Below are positions 11,165 through 21,529 of a DNA stretch of 64,000 bases, one piece after another. The DNA comes from Cyanidioschyzon merolae (lineage: Eukaryota). Position numbers and translations under genes: made by a program. Below the pieces are notes generated by a model. It made no database searches. It was given only the letters and a program-made list of their open reading frames with translations, and was not told the origin of the DNA. Every line of letters starts with the position of its first letter. Position 1 is the stretch's first letter. The stretch lies in NCBI GenBank assembly GCA_000091205.1, contig AP006486.2, one strand, 5' to 3'.

Positions 11165-12902
11165 GGAAAGAAGCTGATTATGCTCAAGAGCTGCGTTAAG
11201 CGAGCCCTATCGCCGGTTACCTGCGTGGAATCATAGGTCGTGCCGCGGAATCGTGCGCCCCACCGGTGTGTGTTCAAATCGCTGACGGTGCAACCGGTGG
11301 TATGGATTGGTGAGCTCGACTTCCTTTCCTGTCTGTCAGTCTGTCTGGCAACAGTTTGAAGCTCTTTATTGCTGTACTCAGCAGGTGCACGACCTAAAGT
11401 TGCGGTGGCATCGAGTCGACGAATGGAACCAGATGAGCTCAAGAGCCCGGGTCAGAGGGTACCGAGTAAAGCGATAAGCATACTTCTTTGGTGTATGCGA
11501 TAATCCCAAAGCTTCGGAGCTGTGTTCTCATCGGAAATAGAGGTTGGTATGCAATTCCTGGCACGCATGCTATGCACCATAGATGCTGCTCGTTTCGGAA
11601 AGGCGAATTGGTAGCTCGCGACTCGCAATGTTCGTATTCCGGATCGATCCTCGGAAGCTGAACGTATTGCAAGCGCGAACACAGCCCGCTGGCAGGCTGT
11701 AAGATTCAGCGCGTACGCAGACGCTTCCAGGTTCCTCTTGGATCAGATTATCGTTTCGCTGGTGAAAATATGTTTGAATTATCCGACTACCTGCTGGTGT
11801 GCTCGTCGCGGCGCTGCGTGCGCCACTCCGAGATGCAACCCCCTCGCCGTGCCAGTGCCGGATCCGGGGCAAGATACACCACCCCGGCACCGATGACTTT
11901 CCCGCAGGCGTCGACCGAGAGGATGCATCTGGTTGTTGTCAGGATTTGGTCAACGGATGCCACGGACAGCAGAACAGTGAGCTGTACGCTATCTGCGAGG
12001 GGAGCAATTTTGCTTTCTGTCGTCTTGCTGTGTATTCTCAGCACAAGCTCAAAGTCATTTCGCGATGTCTACTTTGATGGACAGATTCGGCTCTTCAAAA
12101 TTTGAAAAAAAATACCAGTATAATTCCCGAAGAGTCCACGGATCTGCGAGGAAAAAGGTTGCTCTACTGCTTGATGACGTGTCTGTACATGCGAAACCGC
12201 CGCTTGGCTCTCTCTGTCAGTATTAGCTCCGCAGCGCGCACCGCATCTCTGCTTTCGAAGGATGCGTCTCTTCATGGGCATCCAAGCTGAACCCAACAGG
12301 AGCATGCGATCGCGCATCGAAAACCGTCTGCCCGCAGTGCTTAGCGCTCCCCGCTACATCCCGACAATCTTTCACCGATTGAGGACAACAGTGTGAAAGA
12401 GTACGAACGTATCCTTTGCGGCACATACTTCCGCGTTGCGCAGTTCGTTTCCTCGATGCATCTAGAGGTCTACCGATTTTTCGGGCCGTTCGCCGAAGCT
12501 CGACATGTATCGATAAGGAGAGAGGCGCAACGACCGGTATTGTTCCAGCGTGTGAGCATTGCCGAACATTGATGACGTGATCGAGTCCATCACAGCTAGC
12601 ATGACCGGTTCCGCCAGACATCAGGCGTCTCTTTTACAATTGAAACAGGTCACAGCATCCGCGACGTTGAACCACCACCGGGACCGATTCCAATACAGCG
12701 GACTTTGTTTTTCCCGTTTGACTCGTAATTGAGAGTAAGTAGCAGGGCGATTTCTATGCAAAGGCTGTGGTTCAACTTTTGCCAATTGCAGCCATTGTTC
12801 GCAGACCCTTGCAGTCCGCCAATACGCCACAAATTTTGTTGTTATGTTCAAATTCAACTCGTCCTAGTGTGCAAACATTTGCACATGCGCGAAGCATATC
12901 GA

Positions 12903-14018
12903 CTAGGCCCGTTCGATATTACGCTCGGCGAAAAAGGCTGCACAATATCTGCTGAACACGCGGATCCGCTGCAAAACAGTTGAAAGATAATGCACCTCGA
13001 TGTCGTTATGTGAGGCATTTTCCAGCCAGAGGGGCTCAGTTTTCATTTTGCAGCGTTCATAGAGCCCTCTTCCATGGCAAATTGAAACAACATTGTCCTG
13101 CATTCCATGAATAATGAGAACCGGAGCCTTGATGAGATGGATCCGATCAATCGATGGGAACATGTCCAGACAGGGAATCGTACAGCGAATGTCGGGGTAC
13201 ACCACGCGTAAACAGCTCATGAGTGGTGCAATGAGGACGACACCACCGATGGGAAATCTCGAAGCCAGCTCAACTGTTGGTCCTGATCCAACGGAGCGGC
13301 CAATGAGCAGGATTCGCTCGGGAGGCACGCCTAGATTGATAAGGTAACGATAACACGCGTACGTATCCTTATAGAAACGATATTCTGAGGGGCGAACACC
13401 AGCCGGTAACGAAAGACCGTATCCGGTGTAATCATAAGCAATCGCCTTACAGCCCAGAACCGTCGTCAATAGCTGCACATATGCTCCTGCAGAAGCAAGG
13501 TCCTCGGCATTGCCGTGCGAGTAGAGTATCGTGAAAAACTCCTCCGGATATCCCCTTCGTTCCCTCCTGGGTTGCGGCACTTGGTTTAAAATATCAAGAA
13601 CGTGTCCAGCTTCCATTTCATCACGGGAATCTGCAGTCCCCCCGGAGGTACCCTGACCTCTTTCCAACGGGGTGTCTTGTAGCTTCTGCCCATGCGCAGC
13701 CCTGCTCGACAAATCAAGCAAGGCTGCGACCTCACGTGGATCAACTTTTGCCTCTTGACCGACGTGAGTAGACTTTCGAGGCCAGACTTTCCAAAACGGT
13801 CGACTGTAGCGACGCAACTCTTGCACAGGAGACGCCGAGGTTCGCTGCTCCGAGCGGTTGCGTGGGGTCGGCTTTCGAGCCACACCTCCGTCGTAGTAAA
13901 TAACTGGAATGCGCGACCCACTTGCGGTCCATATCCAAAAAAGTTCGTTCTCCGACTCAACGGAATACTGCGGGGGGCGCGGAGGCTGAAAAACCATACG
14001 GGAATAAAGCAGCCCCAT
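12903..14018 (-). CDS. Alpha/beta-hydrolase of the ABHD17/FAM108 (ABHD13-like) family, a putative protein depalmitoylase or serine hydrolase.
   Basis: ATG start. The core LYSHGNAEDL ... YDYTGYG ... GRSVGSGPTVELASR ... PVLIIHGMQDNVV..HG..LYERC....EPLWLE.ASHNDIE aligns with ABHD17 (FSHGNAVDLGQ, YDYSGYG, GQSIGTVPTVDLASR, PVLIIHGTEDEVI, LWVEGAGHNDIE). The catalytic GxSxG is present. Confidence 0.75.
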   Translation of the reverse strand: MGLLYSRMVFQPPRPPQYSVESENELFWIWTASGSRIPVIYYDGGVARKPTPRNRSEQRTSASPVQELRRYSRPFWKVWPRKSTHVGQEAKVDPREVAALLDLSSRAAHGQKLQDTPLERGQGTSGGTADSRDEMEAGHVLDILNQVPQPRRERRGYPEEFFTILYSHGNAEDLASAGAYVQLLTTVLGCKAIAYDYTGYGLSLPAGVRPSEYRFYKDTYACYRYLINLGVPPERILLIGRSVGSGPTVELASRFPIGGVVLIAPLMSCLRVVYPDIRCTIPCLDMFPSIDRIHLIKAPVLIIHGMQDNVVSICHGRGLYERCKMKTEPLWLENASHNDIEVHYLSTVLQRIRVFSRYCAAFFAERNIERA

Positions 14019-16152
14019 TTGTTCTCACGGAAGCAGCGAAACGAGCTGCCATAAGCTCCAAAAAGACGCTTTTCTTCCCAGAAAACGAGACTGTGGATTT
14101 CGCGGAGAGCGATACCTGCCTCGTCCGTTCTGAAGCAAACAGAACCAACTGTCAGTATCCAAGTTAGATTAATTTGCAACAGTTGTAGTATTTCAACTTA
14201 ATTGGGTTCCGCTACCAGGTGCACGCCATCAAATGTTTCTTCGCGATTTTTAGCAGATGTGTCCAAACAGCGTCCACGTTCAGAAGTAAAAATCCAGGGA
14301 AACGTTATGGTGGTGAAAGTTGGGGCATCCCGTAAGCGCAGCGTCGCCGGCAGTCGGAAGAAAGGAAAAAACCTATTGGCCGACCATCGAACGATGAAGA
14401 GCAAATGACGAAGAAGAAAGAGAAGCTGGGAGATAGGCGAGAATATTTGTTTGCCCGACGAGACGATGTCCAGAATATTTTGGTACAGACGGCGCGAGTT
14501 CTAGCAATCCACGCAAAGCTGGGTTCAACCAGCGTCAATTCACGCAAAGGGTTCGTAAATAGAGACCTCAAAACCGCCATCCATGTTAGACGATGTTTGG
14601 TGCTGACGGCGAAACCCGAGGAGCTGAAGCGATCCTGCTTCGTAGGGCAGCCTTTCAGGCTCAACGCGTTCAGTGAGGAGCTGAAGCCGGTAGCTGTCAG
14701 CGGACCGAAAAAGGCTGGAAGGCGTCTGTGCGTGCGTAGATGTATGTACGCTTGTTGGTCGAAGAATGTGCTTCGTTTCGCTCACGATATATGTGCGCGC
14801 CTTGATTCTGCCTTGCGATTTTCCCAAGCTTCTTAGGCGTACAGCCTGCATATTCAAAGTGCAGTAATAAGGACCTACGGATTCAAACGCAAATTAAGTA
14901 TTCTAGGTCGTCTTTTCGGAGTGGATCCGTCGGAGCTTCGCAGCTCGAGTTTGCTTCGTCACCAAGATAAAAATGATTCGCGACGCTCCCGAAAGCGGTT
15001 CCTAAAATGACCGATTCATCATTTAGTTTATTCGTACATTCCTCCACTTGTATCGTTTCCTTACGTGAAGCAAACTCATATTACATATTCGACAAGCTTT
15101 CGAGCTTGTTGTTTAAAGACAGCTCGTAGGCAGAGCACTTCGCGCTGCTGCATTGACGAGGTAAAAGTCAAGCAGTCGTCAATTAACAACATCTTCACGA
15201 GCTCATGCCGCGGGCTCAGCGAACATGTCACTTCAAATCATCGATTCCGTTCGAAAGACAAGTACGTTTCTCTGATTGATCATCGTTGATATAGGTTTAC
15301 GCAGCTACAAGACACCTTTACCGAGCTACGCTCCCAGAGGCTCCTGTGCCCTCGGTTTGCACCCAAAAGGGTATCGGACTCGGAAATTAGTCATTGCTGT
15401 GATCGCTTCATGTCGAAGGTGCGTCTCTGCTTTGTACGACGAGAGCGTATACGGGTCGACATTTCTTGACTGGTTCTCCAGCTTGGTTTTCCTTCTGATC
15501 GTTTTCCGTCATGCACGATATCATGCTCCCCAAATCGTCTATAGAATGGTACTACGTACGCCCGCGTGTGCAGCGGACGGATGACTCACTGAGGCCATCG
15601 CCCACAACAAGCCCCCGATCGTAGGGCATGGCACAGCGCGGGGACGGAAGAGAGCGTTCAGGCGAGCCCTCGGTACCCGTCAAGGAAATATATCGAGCGA
15701 TCCAGCGAACGTTCACGCGCTACAGCCCCGCCTTGGAGTGAGATGTGTTGTGGATACAGCGCAACCCCGGACCATTAAAATGCCTCACCACTGCCAGGGT
15801 CGTACCCAGGCTATATACAAAGAAGACGAAAATGGCATGCGACGCGTCTCTCATAACGTGCACCTGTGCGTCAAACGCAAATGAAAACAAGCAGAATCAG
15901 CGAAATCGCGACTTGAACCTCGGCACCAACATTCATCGACTGCTGACAACGGAACTGGAGGGACACGAGAGGCCGCCGTGCCCCCCGATGAAGGTATGGG
16001 AAAGAATATGGAAATGGTTGGAGGAAAAATCTCCTCAACGCTGGTGTAGATAGCGTCGGGAAGCATCCCAAACTTGATGATGCAAACGCGAGTTCGACAA
16101 GTAGACCTATCCACTTTTATTCAGGCAAGAATGCAAAAGCGCCCCCCGAAAA

Positions 16153-17988
16153 ATGTGTGGTGGATCATGCGCTATCGCACCGCCTGCGCTCCTGATCCGC
16201 GCTGCAAGCCGCATCGCACCGCCGATCATTTCTTTATCAATTTTATGTGAGGCAGCGAGTTCAACTCTTGAATCGTTCACGAGACTCAAGTACCGCGCTG
16301 ATTATAGAGCTGGACTGCTGCGCAGATCGGGATCCAAGGCTGAAACTTTACAGTCGGGCAACTTGAAAAATGCTCAGGGTGGCGCCTCGGTGCAGCCGGG
16401 CCGCGATCCACGCCAGCTTTCGAGCAGCGATCTGCTCAGCCTCGCAAGCAAGGAACAGGCAGCTCGCCAGTCAAAAGTTGGAAAAGGACCTGAGGAGCGC
16501 ATTTATGAGGTGATGCTTCGGCAGGAGCTAGAGTCTTTTGTTCGTTTGACCGCTTCAGCGCTTCGTCTAGAGGATGAGGAGCTGGTTGAGGTTGATTCTG
16601 AGGACTCTTCAGAACAAGAGACGGCTCTGAGCAAAGACGCTGCCGAGCCTGCGCATAGCCGTGTCCTTGTAGGAACGTTGAGCGAGAGCGTGCTGCCCCC
16701 GGTGGCTGGCACGGCTTCTGCACAGAGTGCGGCCTCGGCCTACAATGCCTCGCGGCTGCGAGTCGGGATCATCGGATGTGGGCGTATCGGCCAGGTTCAT
16801 GCGAATAACTTGGCGAACCGCGTGCCGAACGCTGCGCTTGTAGCTGTGAGTGATGCCATTGAGGATGCTGCCCGACGGATTGCGGCGCGTTTCCACGTCC
16901 CCATCTGGTACACGAATGCGGAGGACTTGGTGCATGACCCTAGAGTGGACGCCGTGGTCATCTGTTCGCCGACGGACACCCACGCACCGCTTATGAAGGA
17001 GTGCGCGCGCTATGGGAAGCACGTTTTCTGCGAGAAGCCGATTGCACTCGGCCTTGATGTGATCGATGATGCGCTGGCAACACTGGACGCTGCGAATGCG
17101 GACGTCAAAGAGCTGCGACTTCAAGCAAAACGCCCGAGCCTGTTCGTCAGCGGCGAGACTGGACTTGACAATCTAAGCCTGGCACAATTCGAGCATGATC
17201 GCCGGCTGCGTCGACTGCAACGCTCAGGCATCCAGCTGATGGTTGCCTTTCAGCGCAGATACGATCAAAACTTCCAACGTGCGCGCCTTGCCCATGACTC
17301 CGGGTTTCTCGGGAGGCCACTCAAGCTACACCTTGTGTCGAGGGATCCTGCGCCGCCACCGCTCGCCTATCTCAAAGTCTCTGGCGGCATCTGGCTCGAC
17401 CAGGCGATCCACGACTTCGATATGGCTCGATTTCTGCTTAAGTCAGAGCCCGTCGAAGTGTTTGCCATGGGCCTTTGCTGCGAACCGAGTATAGCGGAAA
17501 TCGGGGACTGCGATCACGTCATGACTCAGGTGCGCTTCGCAAACGACGCAATTTGCGTCATCGACAATTCGCGATCGACTCCGCATCAGGCGTATGACCA
17601 GCGCGCGGAGCTCTTTGGAACCGAGGGCTGCATCACCGTCGGCAACGAGTATCCCAACACTGCTGAGTATATGGATGTGATTGGACAGCACCGGGACAAA
17701 CCGTTGAACTTTTTCATGGAACGTTACGCGGAGGCTTATCTGCAGGAGATGCTTGCCTGGGTGCAGCACCTGGTAGAGATTCGGGCAGGCGGCGCCCGCA
17801 CAGCCGAAGCGGGAACGGATGCGGGTACGCCTGCTTTGCCGTTGCCGTCGGACTTCGACGGCCGCATCGCCGTGGTTATGGCCATGGCCGCTAGACGTTC
17901 CTTCGAACTCAAAAGACCGGTACGCATCACGGAAATTGACCCGAGCCTGGAGCCGATCATCGAAGCAGCTCGCACGCGTGCTGTTTAA
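16153..17988 (+). CDS. Gfo/Idh/MocA-family NAD(P)-dependent oxidoreductase (inositol 2-dehydrogenase-like) with a roughly 200-aa non-conserved N-terminal extension. The true start is uncertain.
   Basis: It has a Rossmann motif LRVGIIGCGRIGQVHANNLA and a conserved EKP motif (HVFCEKPIAL). A GFR-family C-terminal region is present (GGIWLDQAIHDFDMARFLL, FGTEGCITVGNEY). An ATG sits at 16153. The acidic N-terminal region (EDEELVEVDSEDSSEQE) has no family match. Confidence 0.7.
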   Translation: MCGGSCAIAPPALLIRAASRIAPPIISLSILCEAASSTLESFTRLKYRADYRAGLLRRSGSKAETLQSGNLKNAQGGASVQPGRDPRQLSSSDLLSLASKEQAARQSKVGKGPEERIYEVMLRQELESFVRLTASALRLEDEELVEVDSEDSSEQETALSKDAAEPAHSRVLVGTLSESVLPPVAGTASAQSAASAYNASRLRVGIIGCGRIGQVHANNLANRVPNAALVAVSDAIEDAARRIAARFHVPIWYTNAEDLVHDPRVDAVVICSPTDTHAPLMKECARYGKHVFCEKPIALGLDVIDDALATLDAANADVKELRLQAKRPSLFVSGETGLDNLSLAQFEHDRRLRRLQRSGIQLMVAFQRRYDQNFQRARLAHDSGFLGRPLKLHLVSRDPAPPPLAYLKVSGGIWLDQAIHDFDMARFLLKSEPVEVFAMGLCCEPSIAEIGDCDHVMTQVRFANDAICVIDNSRSTPHQAYDQRAELFGTEGCITVGNEYPNTAEYMDVIGQHRDKPLNFFMERYAEAYLQEMLAWVQHLVEIRAGGARTAEAGTDAGTPALPLPSDFDGRIAVVMAMAARRSFELKRPVRITEIDPSLEPIIEAARTRAV

Positions 17989-20272
17989 GAATCGCTACCT
18001 TCATGTACGCTGGCATGCGTCGTCGATTGCTTGACAGCGTCGGAGCAGAGCAGCCTCGGGGAGCTGCTCTCTGAAACCGATTCATTGTCGCCGGTTTATC
18101 CATTTTCTCTGCAGCACTGCGTGGTGAAATTTCTCTGTCCGCACAGCAGTCGTTTGCAAGTATCGTTTGGGGAGGGGGCCATTTCAGTGCGAGCGTGCAG
18201 TGCACTGGCCAGGATTTGCCTCTACTGCTCGCACACGAAGGACGACGTGCGTCGGGGTAGATGCTTGGCACCGGTCCACGTAGCGGCCGCGGACGTTGCG
18301 CTCGACTGGGTGTCGTACCAGGGCACCCCGTGTACCACCAAAAGAACTGGTTTGGGGGCTGGGAATAATGATGTATGCTCCTCATAGCTGTAAGTGCCAG
18401 AATCTTTTGATTGATGAAGTGATAGAACGCCAGACGATGGCGATCTGTGGCGAGCAACAGGATTCTTGCCAGAGGCGTGCAATATACCTCAATGGACTTT
18501 GTTCGTTCCGAATGGATAGATTTTCGTCCTAACATCAAGCGGTTAGTAAACGAAAACGAGCGTATGATTATCGTCAAAACGGCAACTCCAATCGTTTGGA
18601 GGAAATGGCTGCATGGTCTTCAGTGAACTCACAAACTCTGTATGTTGGCGGACTGTTTTGGAAGTATGGTACCGCACGGGGACGCCAACAGGCGATCCAC
18701 ACGTGCACCTGCGCTCAGGAATGAAAGGCGATCATCTGGCATCGACGCTGATGGGGTCCTCCTGCCATAAGCGTGTCGAGAAGGAGATGCCAAGCCGATC
18801 GCACGGTATCGGCTGCTGCTGGCTGAAACGCCAGCGTGTCTGCTTAGAGGCGGTTGCTTCAGCGCCATGCATTTGTCGTGGATGCTCACGAACTGGCTAT
18901 TGGATTTTAGTTGTGCATGTCCCATGATTCTGACCGGAATTCTGTGGACATAGGTCTGTTGTCGATAACCAGGAAGAAAGCAGATTCCTTTTTTCTACGG
19001 TGCCGGGTATGAGAATCTGAAGGAAATCCAGTCGACGCACGACCGCTGTCGTCTGCGAGATATATGGGCGATATGCTTTGTGCTATAGAGTCAGATCCGT
19101 CAATCTAACAGGAATCCGCTAAATGCACGACTGCTGTCGGTAACCTGAGGGGTGCATGGTGATCTTTTCCAGAATCGGCTACCTCGACTGACCTTTGGAA
19201 AGGCTGCTCGTCGTGGATGCTGATTAGATCCATCTAGAATCCGCTCATATGTTGGAGCTACAGTGGGCATTTGCTGCGATGCTGGATCCACCTTTGAGGC
19301 AGTCGTCGCATTGAGAGAGAACGGCTTTGCTGTGCCAAATGGACGTCAATTCGAGGCTCGAGGGAGTGGATGATGCCAACCCGCATCCGTGGAGAGTCCC
19401 CTTCGGAAGAGGATTGTGAAAGCTCCACGACGGACATGTATACGCATGCATTCTAAGGCACGCTCCCGTCGGCGAAGAGTAACCCGATGCGCCCACGCGC
19501 AGTCAGTGCGTGGATCGAACGCTCTGGGCCGCAGTGTATGCGGTCACCAGGACGGCTCCGCTGCTAACGTTCCGGCCAGTGAGCGCGGAAAATGGCAGTT
19601 TCTGGCGCACCAAATCCCTAGCTGCACTCCTCGTTTCAGTGAATGCTGCCTCCGAAAATCCTGATAGGGAACAGACTGCAAGTATCAATATAAGAGAACT
19701 CGACAAGGCCAGATATTGAATCCATTCCCGCACAGAGGTCATGCACCTCCAGTGCGTATTTTACCACACGAAAGCGTTATCGTGCAGCCCCACGACAGCG
19801 TTAGCGATGTGACGATCTGCATATCGCAGCCTCAGTTCTAAAACAACGCAGCCCTCGGTCTCGAAGAACGTGGCATACCGCTGCTCATGGTTAAATCATC
19901 TCCGGGGCGTGCGTTTCCGCCCATACTTTTCACGCGTTTCCGCGTTTCGTAGCATATCAATGCGAGTTTTTCACATCGGCCGCTCCCGTCCCACAAACTG
20001 TCAGAGTCCTGCAGAATTCAGAAGTCTAAAGCTTATATCTTGTTCCCAATAATTGCACGAGCAAAAGAAACTGTCCTATCCAGCTCAAGAAAACGCATAT
20101 TTCGGGCGTTTCAGCCGCACTGCCTTCAGCGCTGCTCGCAAGTGCATCATGTGGCGTTTCGGGCGGACGGCGATTTTCGCCGGCGCGGGCATGTGCGCGT
20201 CCGGCTGAACGCGTCCTCAAGAGCGGTACGAAGCAGCGTTCGAGTTCGTTGCAACGCAGTGAAACTTCCAGC

Positions 20273-21418
20273 ATGTTCCTTATAGCAAGCTGGAACTGCA
20301 ATTCTGTAACGAATGCTTTCCACCAGAAACTGGTGGTCCGATACAGTTCAGAATTAAGTCGCAGAAACCCACGAAAAGGAGCGTGTGGTGATTTCTGGGG
20401 CACAACTGAGCTTTCGAGGCGGTTGCCACAGGTTGACCGCCCGACCACGAGATTTGCTACCAGCAAGCAAACTCGCCGGAGAAACCGTTCAGAACTTGTA
20501 CGCTCTTCAGCACGTGGAGGCTCCGGCTCTAATGACCCTGAGGAAAAAGACGCAACCCCGGAACCAGGATCTTTCTTTGAAGAGGATTCAACGGCTATTG
20601 AGTACTTCAGCCCAAGTGAAAAGAGGGACACAGAGGTTCCGGTTTCGGGAAAGCTCGCTGAACTGCCTCTGTTTCCACTGCCCCTTGTTCTGAGTCCTGG
20701 ACAGCCCATTCCCCTGCATATTTTCGAAATGAGATATCGTCAGATGTTTCAGCGAATTCGGGAAGGAGATGGCCGTTTCGGTATTGTGATGTATGACAAG
20801 GACCGGAACGCACACGCTGCTGTCGGCACCATGGCCGAAATAAATGTATACGAACCCCTTGCGGACGGTCGAATCATGACAAGCAGTATCGGACGCGAGC
20901 GCTTCAGAGTGCTCAAGTACACGAAGGACTCTCCGTACCTAGTTGCGCTTGTGGAATACTTTGACGACGAAGTGTGCATCGAGAGCGTGGAGCAAATATT
21001 AGCGGCCCTGAAAGAGCCGCTACCGCAGAGCGGCGATCAGGAAACGAGCAGGATTTCCAAGCAAAGCTTGACGCTACTGGAGAGACGCGTTTGGTCGGCG
21101 CTCGGTGACGTGTTGCGGCTGTCAAATAAGCTGTACAACAGGGTGGTGAGTTTGAGTAAGCTCGTGGTGGATAATAGCCCTGAGACGGTGCTGAGCATTC
21201 CCGAGGGGCATTTGGATCCGGAGCAGAATTTCCATCGGCAGAAGCTATTTAGTTTTGCCGTAAGCAGTATACTCGACATGCCTGTGCGGCAGCAGCAGTT
21301 GCTACTGCAAACGCGCAGTACCGCAAAAAGGCTGTTGAAGCAGGCGCAATTACTCGAGGGAGCTCGACAGTACCTTGCTGCTCAAGTCACGATTAAGAAA
21401 GCCCTTGGAGAGTCGTAG
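20273..21418 (+). CDS. Lon protease N-terminal (LON substrate-binding) domain-containing protein with an S/R-rich N-terminal presequence.
   Basis: PLFPLPLVLSPGQPIPLHIFEMRYRQMFQRI...DGRFGIVMY...GTMAEI matches the Lon N-domain consensus (LPL..VLFPG..LPL.IFE.RY..M). The start is the first in-frame ATG; the ORF-track start at 20249 is a TTG. Confidence 0.6.
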   Translation: MFLIASWNCNSVTNAFHQKLVVRYSSELSRRNPRKGACGDFWGTTELSRRLPQVDRPTTRFATSKQTRRRNRSELVRSSARGGSGSNDPEEKDATPEPGSFFEEDSTAIEYFSPSEKRDTEVPVSGKLAELPLFPLPLVLSPGQPIPLHIFEMRYRQMFQRIREGDGRFGIVMYDKDRNAHAAVGTMAEINVYEPLADGRIMTSSIGRERFRVLKYTKDSPYLVALVEYFDDEVCIESVEQILAALKEPLPQSGDQETSRISKQSLTLLERRVWSALGDVLRLSNKLYNRVVSLSKLVVDNSPETVLSIPEGHLDPEQNFHRQKLFSFAVSSILDMPVRQQQLLLQTRSTAKRLLKQAQLLEGARQYLAAQVTIKKALGES

Positions 21419-21529
21419 TTTCGTTCATTTTGCACCCGCCAACAAGCGCATCCTGTCATCAAGTCCAACATCGTGCGAGCATCGCTCTGTGACGTTCACA
21501 AAAGGCCATTCATTGGCTCATTTTTTCAA

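Noticed and set aside
12576-12592. tRNA T-arm-like hairpin (gtgat-cgagtcc-atcac)
   Set aside because: The flanks provide no acceptor-stem complement, and a D-arm or anticodon arm cannot be built. It is an isolated hairpin, not a tRNA.
17957-18577. 206-aa minus-strand ORF downstream of the Gfo/Idh/MocA gene
   Set aside because: No motif and a biased, Arg-rich composition. Other frames in the region are equally open, which is typical of GC-rich non-coding sequence.
20026-20709. 227-aa minus-strand ORF overlapping the Lon-N domain gene
   Set aside because: It is antisense to a gene with clear homology, its low-complexity composition is Ser/Gly/Arg-rich, and it has no motif. It is probably a GC-driven spurious ORF.
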